A stretch of 64,000 bases of DNA, from positions 2,232,001-2,296,000 of the forward strand of contig OX337240.1 in the NCBI GenBank assembly GCA_946965045.2, in the 5' to 3' direction. The translations under genes and the position numbers were made by a program. The notes under the pieces were generated by a model that worked only from the letters and a program-made list of their open reading frames with translations, had not been told where the DNA came from and made no database searches. Below, one piece after another: positions 21,992 to 31,641 of this stretch (position 1 is its first letter; each line of letters opens with the position of its first letter). Origin of the DNA: Epithemia pelagica (taxonomy: Eukaryota > Protista > Bacillariophyta).

Positions 21992-22852
21992 TTAAAATAC
22001 TTCCTTAACTGGTGGTTTGAATTCATTTGGGTCGTCGACCTCTCCCCCCGATTCCTCCTGCTCTAGCTTTTGCTGACGCCTCCGCTTCCTCAGTTCTTCT
22101 ACTGTGTAGCCAAACAAATTGTCACGATAGTAGATCAGCCAATTGGCACACTGTGCTCGTCGTGTTTTGTTTGGTGTCAGTTCAGAGTATTGGTAGCCTC
22201 GAAAGCCTAACGGCTTAAGAGCTGGTTTGAGGGACTGCTTGTTCTCCATGGGAATCGATCGTACCAGGGACTGATTACACCGCAAACTAGGCTCGTCGAC
22301 CTCTTTGGAATATACGCGCCTCATACCAATAAAGTCAGGTGGTTCGGGGTACCGGTCACGCCAATTGGGGAAGACCAAGTCGTTTGTCCAGGATTCGGAA
22401 TCTGCGTCAAATCGGTATCCCAGACATTTCCAAACGAGAGTGTTCACTTCCAAGTCACTGCATTCAATCAATACAATTTTGAGAATATTCTCATTGGCCA
22501 GTTCCTCCAGTGTTGGTTCACCCGTTCGACTAACCAAAAATGCCCCTTCGCCGACAGGTCCTTGACATTTGTACATCGGGTCCATGGCAGGAAGAAAGGG
22601 TTGAAGGATATCCGGTTTCACTACTGCTCGTACTTCATTCTCAGTTGTTGGTGTATTGGACTCATCTTCACTCCGCAGAAACGAGATTTTTCTTGTTTGG
22701 CCGGAACGGTCAGCCCTTGTCGATCGAAGGAACTTTTCAGGCGACACCGACAAACGAACATCATTCCCAACGACAAATGCGTCCGTGTACCTGATCAAAA
22801 GGAGAATCCATAGAAATGAAACCGATGTGCTCTTCATCATGGCCAGTTTCAT
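21992..22852 (-). CDS. DUF1823-family protein, probably plastid-targeted
   Basis: LVWKCLGYRFD...YPEPPDF...RSIPMENKQ...GFRGY...TRRAQCANWL resembles the cyanobacterial DUF1823. Signal peptide ending TDA-FVV resembles a diatom bipartite presequence. Confidence 0.75.
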   Translation of the reverse strand: MKLAMMKSTSVSFLWILLLIRYTDAFVVGNDVRLSVSPEKFLRSTRADRSGQTRKISFLRSEDESNTPTTENEVRAVVKPDILQPFLPAMDPMYKCQGPVGEGAFLVSRTGEPTLEELANENILKIVLIECSDLEVNTLVWKCLGYRFDADSESWTNDLVFPNWRDRYPEPPDFIGMRRVYSKEVDEPSLRCNQSLVRSIPMENKQSLKPALKPLGFRGYQYSELTPNKTRRAQCANWLIYYRDNLFGYTVEELRKRRRQQKLEQEESGGEVDDPNEFKPPVKEVF

Positions 22853-22980
22853 CAATGAATGTTTTTTCTTTGTTGGTTGCAAATCGACGTTGAGATTACG
22901 TCACACGACACCGTCTGTCCTTGTGTCCTTTGATCGCAGCGGCCACCTCGTGCGCAGTCGACGACCATCACCGTTTCACC

Positions 22981-23819
22981 ATGAGCGCATCTTCCGCCGT
23001 CTTTGTGAAAGCAATCCGACAAACGTCTTGTCGGCTTCTTGCCATCAACAGAAATGTTGTAGGAAATGCAACGTTGCTGCAAGCGAGGCATCAACCCGCT
23101 CGAACGTATCAGCGTGTCAACGCATTCCGATTTCTCAGCACGGCCGCCGAAGACGCATCCGACGAGCAGCCAAAGAAGGAATCCAAGCCAATCATCCCCG
23201 GAATAGGAAAGGGCAAGACATCTACTGGATATGTACGTTCATGATATGAGCTGTGTGACACCGCGTGTGTTTAGATTTACTCATTGTCATAACTCACACT
23301 CCAAATCCTTTCCACTTCCAGCCTGGACTTGCGGTCGAACCGGATTGGTACAATGTGATTCTAAAGAAATTTCAGCTGTTGCTGGATACTTTGGAGGCCA
23401 GCGATATGCCTGAAACTGCTAGATACCGAATGGATGTGACGAAATGGGCCAATTTCGTGATTGCCACGACCAAGGCCAACCCGGACGATCCCGAAATGGT
23501 AGAATCCGAAGTTCGAATGGGTCAAGTGGAAGAATTGATTGAAATGGCGGACGACGAGATGATTGCTATGAAGGAATATCTTAGATGCCGCATGTGGGAA
23601 ATGTTGGATACGGAAGAAGGACCCGAAATTGATTTCAACCCAGATCCGATGAAAGACGAAGCTGGTCCGAACGCTGATCCCCGAACTCGAAAGGCTATTG
23701 AAGACGACTTGAGGGACATGGCTCTGGCTGGTGTTGAGGACCCACTCCCGGACATCGAGGATGAGTATGGGGACTTGGAGTATAACCATGAGTATGAGCG
23801 CAAGTTCCGTCCTAGCTAG
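22981..23819 (+). CDS. NDUFA5: NADH:ubiquinone oxidoreductase complex I subunit NDUFA5/B13, 2 exons (intron 23233-23321)
   Basis: Mitochondrial-type presequence, then KTSTGY|PGLAV...MPETARYR...GQVEELIEMADDE...MWE, matching the ETC_C1_NDUFA5 pattern. Confidence 0.85.
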
Positions 23820-24043
23820 ATCAAACCTTGTCCATAGTTCGTTACTTTTTTCAGAAGTTCGTATGGGGATATGAAGGATGCAAAGGAAAACATGACACTT
23901 TCACAGTCCTGACGAAATAGGTAAAAGATAAATCTTTATGTATTCTCCTGATAAATTAAACTCCATGATTCCTGATCCTTCACGCAAGAACTTCTGGTAA
24001 ACCGTTTATCTTCCACTATCTTCACAAGTTTTCAAACGCTTTT

Positions 24044-25909
24044 CTACAATTCGGCGAATCGATCCTCGAACTTAAAGCGGGGACTCCAGTACGAATCGAC
24101 CTTTCCCGTCTACGCAAGAGAATGACAGCAAAGCGAACAAAAAGATTGTTGAGAGAAAGAAAAAGTGAAACGTGTCACAAAAGTTCCACGGACAACTTGG
24201 GCCACCTTGGAGTCAAGTCCATGCATCTGATCTCTGCCTGCAAGCCATTTTTACTCTCCATGCCCTGGCTTGATTCAGAACGAGATAACCGCAGTACTTA
24301 CAAAATCCAAATTTACCATTTGCCCCTTCCACCAATTAGCATGACCTTCCGAGTCTGCAATGTCTACCGCGGATGCGTCTGTTGTTGCACTTGGTGCCAT
24401 CCGGGAATGAGAAACGTTAAAACCTCGAGTGGTCCTGTTTTGGTCACTGTGCTCCGAGTAATATGCGTGATCGAGGGCTTGAAGAAAGGGTTCAGCCTCC
24501 TCGTCGGATACCAGGTATTCAATCTTGTGGGGAGACAGCTTATCGCCGACATATTCCATAAAGTTGGTCATCTCGGCAAATAAGCTGCGGACCTTGGGGT
24601 GGTCAAACCATTTTTGTATTTCTCCATCTTGTCGTTCCATGCGTTCAATGCCATTGTAGTATCCTGTCTTGAACTTGACATTTAACCATGCCAAATTCCA
24701 CCACGAGGCAAAGGACCAACCCAATCCAGTGGGTTTGTCGGTCCACGGATCAAATCGATCGACACTTGTGAATCCGACCAAAATGATGCGAGTGCCCTTG
24801 GAAACGGGGAATCCTTCGTGATTGATCAAGGCATGATTAGTGACAACCGTACCTACTCGAGATGGTTGTACATGGGCAAAAGAGGAAACATTCTCGTGAC
24901 TGGGCGTCTCGTGTGTTCGTTGCCAGAATCGTGTACCTCCGCCTTCAAAGTCTTCATTCAACAAAATTGTAAAGGATACATCTCCATCATCGGTGTGACG
25001 CTCCAAATGCGTTCGAATGCCTTCATCGTAGCGGACGACAAACATGTCAATCGCCCTAAAGGCTTGTCGAGGAATGCCATAAATTCGCTCCAACGTAGGC
25101 GCCAATCTTCGATCCAACAAGTTGCCAAGGTAAGTACGATTTTGCTTGGAAAAGGGATCAGTTACCAGATTCAAATCTGTCGTGGGGTAGTTGCCATGGC
25201 GCAACTTGTGCCATCCGAGAGGCCTTTGAAGCATGGTACGAAAGGTTTCTTCATCAGTTGATGCCTCCATCATGGATGGATCGGGAGCTAATTCGGTACC
25301 ATTGGGCAAGGAAACGGACCATTGTTGGGCTTCCTGGTAGTTGACCAAGGCCGCTTGTTCGGCCATCTCAATAATGGCTTGACATTCGTCAGCCGTAAAG
25401 ATAGGGAAGACAAAGACACGACGCAACAAGTAGTAATTGTAGGGACTTCCCAAAACAACAATAGCGGTACAGGTCAAAGTGGCCCCCAACACTGCGGAAA
25501 GAAAAATGGCAAACCGAGAGAGCTCGTCCATCGAGGTGGCTGATTCGGTGGCAGTAGTTCTCACTCTCTTCTGTATCTTTCCGACAGTGATTGTTTTTGA
25601 TTTCGTCGTAGAAGACGAGTTTTGTGCACTTGTTGCCTTGTCCTTCGTCGGGGCCGGTTTGGCCGATTCGCCTGTCTTTTGTGCCTCCATATTTGCTTTC
25701 TTCTTCTTCTTATGTGGATCATCATTGGCTGCAACGGAGCTCGTTTCACCGTTGACAAGCAGTGGATACACAACCAACCACAAGATTAATGCCACAAGCA
25801 GACCAATGGTCAAGAGAAAACATTCGTGCTGGTAGTTTGGAAGGTTCACTTGCAGGTACGGTTCTCCGGCAAACGCCTTTGTTGGAGGAAACATAGTGCC
25901 CGTCACCAT
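24044..25909 (-). CDS. 2OG-Fe(II) oxygenase (PLOD/P4H-like) membrane-anchored protein, paralog 3, 2 exons (intron 24110-24301)
   Basis: HTDDGDVSF...FEGGGTRFW...HALINHEG...TRIILVGF. The GTAAGT...TAG splice gives the C-terminus ...DRFAEL*, like DRYPDL* of paralog 2. Confidence 0.85.
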
Positions 25910-26433
25910 GGTTCGTATTGACTTTATGGATTTGATTGCGATATCAATAATGATACCCTTGTATACGAAAGATAACAAAGCAACAGGGCAACAACAAAGA
26001 CATCCAGTGTCGAAATTCGAAAAGGTGCAACACGGAAAGTTGACAACAAACCGAAGGCGTTCTCTTCAATTGTGTGAGAAACTGAGCGACTACCGAGCGA
26101 AATTATACTCCAAAATAATCTACCTATCAACAGAATGCTAATCTTGGACGCTCGAAAGTGTCCGATTGCTCCTCTTTCTTGGTGCACTGGTTCGCTGGTG
26201 GGTGTATTGATAGGTGCGGAGTGCGGAGAGCGTAATAGAAAAGCAATGGGTAGCCCCGGTAGCTACTAATCTAATCTCATCCTCCTCTATACTCTCTCTA
26301 GCTAGTAGGAGTACTCCTGAAAACATTCACCTCCGTCTATCATCTAAAGATTGGTTACATCTTACATCTATCGATCTAGTAGAAGTAGTCCTCTTGCTTT
26401 CTCGGATTTCTCTAACACAGCTGCTGCAAGTTT

Positions 26434-27363
26434 TTATTCATCGGACAATCTGTCTTCTTCCTCCTCGTCATCTTCATGTTGTGTCTTTGTGGCGTTTGTG
26501 GATGTGGTGTTTGATTGCAATACACACTTCCATGTTTTACACAACCGCCCTTGGCTTCCCAGTACATAGACAACGTGAAACACAGTCACCACCCCCACCG
26601 TACCGATCACACTTACCCATATATTGTCCGTACAGTAGACAGGCGCCACAGTTTCATGAACCACACCAAGAAATACACCCAATATCAGTGTAAAGATGGG
26701 AGATACAGGTCGGAGGAGCATGCTCTTGTAGGGAATTTCACCATACACATAAAAGCTGATGAGTAGGGGTGCGCTGAGATAGTGGATGGTGCAGTCCATG
26801 AGGAAATGCAAAAACATGTAGAGGTTGGCCGCAAATGGATGACTTTCCGATATATCCTTAGATATTTCGCTTCTAACGAAACGGTCACAGATTTCTTCGT
26901 CAATGAATGAATCCACTGGATTGTCAACCACATACACAAGGTAACCAGCAAACACTGTCGTGACAAATGGCAGCGCAGTGGGGAAAAGGACGGCCGACAG
27001 AAGGGTAGAATCTTCGTGATTATGTTGTCTTTCAATGTTCTGTTCAGTGATGTCGTCGGAGTTGTCAGTTTCGTCGTGATTGCCTTGGTGTGATTTATCG
27101 GAATGATCAACGTGGTGATGGGGTCGGTATAAGAAATAGGCCCAGTGAAAGAAAACAATCAGGGCAAGGAGGCCATTCCACACCGAGAAGAACAAAAAGT
27201 GAGGAGCCACAGAGGGCTCCGGATGCTCGTCAGTGCGACATGGTTGACATTTCCAAACGTCTTTGAACAAGAACGTCACGTTGACCAGCCAAATAGCAAC
27301 TGCGTTGACGTAAAGCGGGGTGAAAATGACCTGAAGCGTTCGTCTGAGCGTTGGAGAAAACAT
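26434..27363 (-). CDS. Multi-pass membrane protein of unknown function, tandem paralog A
   Basis: About 6 hydrophobic segments. Colinear with 30278-31339 (ESHPFAANLYMFLHFLMD.TIHYLSAPLL identical). Likely ATG is 27363. Confidence 0.75.
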   Translation of the reverse strand: MFSPTLRRTLQVIFTPLYVNAVAIWLVNVTFLFKDVWKCQPCRTDEHPEPSVAPHFLFFSVWNGLLALIVFFHWAYFLYRPHHHVDHSDKSHQGNHDETDNSDDITEQNIERQHNHEDSTLLSAVLFPTALPFVTTVFAGYLVYVVDNPVDSFIDEEICDRFVRSEISKDISESHPFAANLYMFLHFLMDCTIHYLSAPLLISFYVYGEIPYKSMLLRPVSPIFTLILGVFLGVVHETVAPVYCTDNIWVSVIGTVGVVTVFHVVYVLGSQGRLCKTWKCVLQSNTTSTNATKTQHEDDEEEEDRLSDE

Positions 27364-28271
27364 GGCTTTGTTGACAAGGGCTTGTCCAAAAAGCCTTTCG
27401 TTCTTCGCTCCTTGACAGCAAATACTGACTGACTGTAGTTTCCTGTTTCCCGAAACAGGGACAGTCCCAATGGTTGGGGTTTGGGGTCGTTTGTCGTTCC
27501 TGCGAAATGATGAGGGCCACTGGCCACTGGCGATTCTGAGCACGACCAAAGACACCAAACAATTAACCTCGCTTGACCGCTACCCGGCGTGCTGAGCACA
27601 TCGCCGCGCGCTTGGACTATGGACACGTGTTTTGTGTTTTATGTTGTTTTCGCTTTTCGCTTTCTCCACTTTCCACATCCCAGACGCCGACGTACGGGTA
27701 CGTGTTAATTCTGTCTATTCCCTGTTCGCTCCACCAACAAATGAGACGATATCTATTATATCTATCACATCCTTATCCAATATCGAAATCTAACATCTAC
27801 TATTTTTCTCCGTCGAGGCAATCCTCCAGAGCTAGCAGTTCTGTTCGTCCTCCGAGGCCCGGTAGAAGGGCGACAATGTTGCTTTGAAATCCACACGGTC
27901 CCAGGAGAGCCTGACGAATAACACTATTTGATTCTCGAATGGGTTTAGAAACATGTTGGAACTTTGCTCCCTCTTGGAGGCTTCGAGGGCACTCCCAGAG
28001 ACCAAGGAAATTCAAACCTGGTCTTTACGTTCCCTCAATCGATCTTCTGATCCCAGGAAAACTAATGTTGTCTACCGTAATTTTCGGATTCGTATACCCC
28101 CGGAATGTGCACGGATCAGTGAGGGGGGTACATGGCTAAGAGAAAAATTTGAAAATGAAAAAGTAAGATTCCGTTTTGAAGTACTACTTGATTCATAGTT
28201 GCAAATGCCAATGCGTTTTCCCTCCAATACTCCCTCCACCTCGTCCTATGTTCCCATCCGTCTTTACAAGA

Positions 28272-29612
28272 ATGGTGGTTCTTGAGGACAATGAACAGGC
28301 CGGACTGCGCCGGAAAAGGCGGATCATCATCAACAAGAGGAAGGTAGAAATTTGTGATAAACTGATTGCTGGGAAGAGGATTCCTGGCTTTACTCTGAAA
28401 GGCCTTGCTCGAGAGGAAGGCGTTCAACCCTCTCAGATCAGGCGCTGGCTGAAAGATATTAACAAGTTGCGGATCTCGTGCGAAGGTAGGGGGAAATACT
28501 GTGCGTCTCTTCACACTGGGCGCCCCAACATGTTTCAACATATCGATGCCTTACTGGACCGCATCAGGGAGCTCAGAGAAGCCGCCATGCCCGTGTCTGT
28601 CAACATGGTTGTTATAATGGCATCCAAGCTTGATCCGGAGTTCTGAAGGAGGACACAGAGTGGCAAGTATCAGTCTATGAGAAGACTGCTAAGAAGCGAT
28701 GGAATAGTGATAAGAAGCAAGACACATGAAGCTCAATGCCATCCAAGGGAAAAGAGAGAAGAAGGCAAGACTTTTGTGCAGAGGATCATCCCCTCCATTG
28801 CACAGCCAAACAGACATCAAGACTTCGTGGCAAACATGGACCAAACGCCAGTATTCTTCTCGATGACTCCTACCACAACACTGGAGTCACAAGGTGCAAG
28901 AACTATCAATGTAAGGTCATCCAGTGGCAGCACACTCCGACTTACCCCTGCAGTTTTTGTTACGGCTGCAGGCAATGTTCTGACTCCTTACATTGTCTAT
29001 AAGGGCAAGTCCAATGGACGGATTGCCAGAGATTTTCTTGCTCCTGAAGCACATGGTTACCCATCAGATTGTTTCTATTCATGCCAAGAGAGAGCCTGGA
29101 TGGATGAGAAATGCTGTCTTCAATGGGTGGAGAAGTGTGTGAAGCCGTGGTCAGAGAAGGCTCCTCCTGGCGTCTTGCCTTTATTGTTATTGGATCAATA
29201 CAAATGTCACCTACAGACAGCTGTTGTCAATGCCATTCATGATCTGGGAGTTGAGATTGAATATATTCCTGGAGGCTGCACATCTCTGACACAGCCTGTG
29301 GATGTCGGAATAAACAAGCCCTTGAAAAATAGAGTTCGTGCACAATGGGAAGAGTACATGCTTGAAGATGGATTGTTCCAAGAACAAACAAAGCCACCAA
29401 GTTGCCAACAAATGGCTCAATGGTGTGTGAAAGCTTTGAAAGATCTTCCAAAAGAGATAGTGAAGAATTCCTGGAGGCATGGAGATTATTCCTATTTTCC
29501 AGGAGAGGTAAGGTCAACAGTTGTCGACGTGATTTCAGATTCCATGGAAGAGCTTGATCTGAGTAACAGTGAAGATGAAGAAACTACTGAGAACGATACA
29601 ACAGAGAATTAG
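28272..29612 (+). pseudogene. pogo-like DD35D transposase with one internal TGA (28644-28646)
   Basis: ORFs 28176-28646 and 28677-29612 are in frame. N-terminal HTH/CENP-B-like region; NMDQTP, LLLDQYKCH and, 35 residues later, QPVDVGINKPLK. Confidence 0.88.
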
Positions 29613-29641
29613 GATGGTATACAACAGAGAATTAGGATGGT
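29596..29641 (+). repeat. 23-bp perfect tandem duplication spanning the transposase stop codon
   Basis: ATACAACAGAGAATTAGGATGGT x2. Confidence 0.95.
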
Positions 29642-29644
29642 TTA

Positions 29645-30109
29645 TTAAGTTTTAGAATACTTTTGTGTGTGACCTTCATTGTTATCTTGGTTGCTCTCTT
29701 GCTCTTCAGTACTCCGTGCTCTTTTCCTTGGGGGTGTGGCGACCATCTCCACAAGCACAGCTCTGCACACTCCTTTATCTCTGCGACTCTTTGCCCTCTG
29801 CTCCTTTTCTTCTGATTCATCCAGGAATTCAACAACTTGGGCAAGTTTCCCTTCGTAGTAGCTTGAATGCTTTATAAGGTATCGTGGTAAGAAACCAACA
29901 CGACACCTATCCAGCCCATCTGTGACCCAATACACTGCGATGGCAGGCTCTTCTCTGCCTTCCACAGTGACTTGCACCAATCTAAATCTAACAAGAGAAT
30001 CATGTTTCAAAACAGATCCACAAACAGGATGTGCTTCACAGCTTCTTCCATTGGAAGAAGCGTGGAGCCCCACTATATCAACCGTAACTTTTGTTGGGTG
30101 GACACCCAT
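29645..30109 (-). CDS. HIRAN-like domain protein carried inside the pogo element, 154 aa
   Basis: VDIVGL...VRF...EPAIAVY...CRVGFLPR resembles the HIRAN pattern (vG...v.L..E...Ai.V...vGy.P). Basic NLS-like PRKRAR. Lies within the TIRs. Confidence 0.55.
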   Translation of the reverse strand: MGVHPTKVTVDIVGLHASSNGRSCEAHPVCGSVLKHDSLVRFRLVQVTVEGREEPAIAVYWVTDGLDRCRVGFLPRYLIKHSSYYEGKLAQVVEFLDESEEKEQRAKSRRDKGVCRAVLVEMVATPPRKRARSTEEQESNQDNNEGHTQKYSKT

Positions 30110-30277
30110 GGTACGTTTGACAGCTCGTTGTAAAGCTTATAAAACGAGGAATTACACTGTGCTGTGCAAATTTGAGTACTAGTCTGTCCTCGGTTTGTAC
30201 AACCCAATGTGCATGGAAGAGCAAGGGGGGTACGGGAATGCAAGGGGTACAAAACACCGAAAATTACGGTAGGCAGA

Positions 30278-31339
30278 CTATGTCTCGTCTCCTTGCTCAT
30301 TGTCTCCTCCATGACGTGTATCTTCTGTCGATTGAGGGTGTATTGGTTTTGTATTATTTACCACAACACACGGCCATGTCTTGCGAAACAACCGACCTCG
30401 ACTGCCCAGGGAAAACAGGGCATGAAACACACACACTGCCACCAAAAAGCCAACGACAGTCACCCAGATTGTGTCGGTACAATAAACTGGCACAACATGA
30501 TCGTGGACAATACCAATCACAAGACTCAAAATCAGTGTAAAGATGGGGGCGAGGGGTCGGAATGGGTTGTCCAGGTAGGGGATTTCACACGAAACATACA
30601 AGCTCACGAGAAGGGGTGCACTGAGATAGTGAATGGTAACATCCATGAGGAAATGCAAAAACATGTAAAGGTTGGCTGCAAAGGGATGGCTTTCGGCAAT
30701 ATCCTTGGATATTTTACTGCGCACACAGCGTTCACAAACGTCTTCGTCGACAAAGGAATCCATGGGATTGCGCACGACGTACAAAACGTAGGAGCCAAAT
30801 ACTGCCGTCACCACTGGTAGAGCCAGCGGAAACAGGATTGTGGAAAGAAATGTCAAGTTATTGCCTGGCACAGTCGCCGTCGTCTCCTGATCCTCATCAT
30901 CTTCGCCATTGCTTGGCACATTGGTATCAGCTGCGTCTTCCGTGTCGTGATGGGTCTCTTCCTCGTTTGCCAAGGTTTTGTCTTTGTCGTGTTCCTTGTG
31001 GTGAATTTCTTCCGGATGGGCAGTGCGAGGAGTAGGAGGAAAGTAGGCCCAATGGACAAAGACGGCAGCGGCAAAGAGAGCATTCCATGCGGAATAAAAC
31101 AAAAAGGTGGGAAGAATGGAAGGATCCGTATGCTTGTCATGGCGACAGGGAATGCATTTCCAATTGTCATGGAACAAGACAGTCACACTGGCCAGCCACA
31201 CGGCAAACGCATTGATATAGAGCGGCGTAAAGACAACCTTGAGACTCAGGGATAACCAGCGAGGAAACATGGTCTTGCGTATATGGTGTGTTTTGTCAGG
31301 GGCAAAGATTGTGTCTTCTTTGTGGTGGTCTGTCTTCAT
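30278..31339 (-). CDS. Multi-pass membrane protein of unknown function, tandem paralog B
   Basis: 353-aa ORF colinear with 26434-27363. Confidence 0.8.
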   Translation of the reverse strand: MKTDHHKEDTIFAPDKTHHIRKTMFPRWLSLSLKVVFTPLYINAFAVWLASVTVLFHDNWKCIPCRHDKHTDPSILPTFLFYSAWNALFAAAVFVHWAYFPPTPRTAHPEEIHHKEHDKDKTLANEEETHHDTEDAADTNVPSNGEDDEDQETTATVPGNNLTFLSTILFPLALPVVTAVFGSYVLYVVRNPMDSFVDEDVCERCVRSKISKDIAESHPFAANLYMFLHFLMDVTIHYLSAPLLVSLYVSCEIPYLDNPFRPLAPIFTLILSLVIGIVHDHVVPVYCTDTIWVTVVGFLVAVCVFHALFSLGSRGRLFRKTWPCVVVNNTKPIHPQSTEDTRHGGDNEQGDET

Positions 31340-31641
31340 AACTCATGAATCCCACGCAGGGCAATGCTAAAACACAGTCAGTAAGCACGTGCATTGCACG
31401 TGCTTGTCCCAAGCGGGTGTACGTAAGTACCACTTTTCCACTCTGTTATCCGCGACCAAGTCATTCCTATTATTCGCGACTGAATCCAATGGGAAATCTT
31501 CCCCCCTTGGTGTTGGTGTGCTTTTTTGTATCTTTTCCCTGTTTTGATCTGTCTCCCGTTTGATGCCAAGCTCTACGAAGAGAATACACTATTCAAGCCA
31601 CTCACACAATCCAGTTTGCTACAACGGCTTGGTGTTCCACA

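Larger units (their letters stand above)
28075..30269. mobile_element. pogo/Tigger-like (Tc1-mariner superfamily) DNA transposon, 2195 bp
   Basis: TIR CCGTAATTTTCGG at 28075-28087 and inverted at 30257-30269, with TA on both flanks. Encodes a DDE_1-type transposase. Confidence 0.9.
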
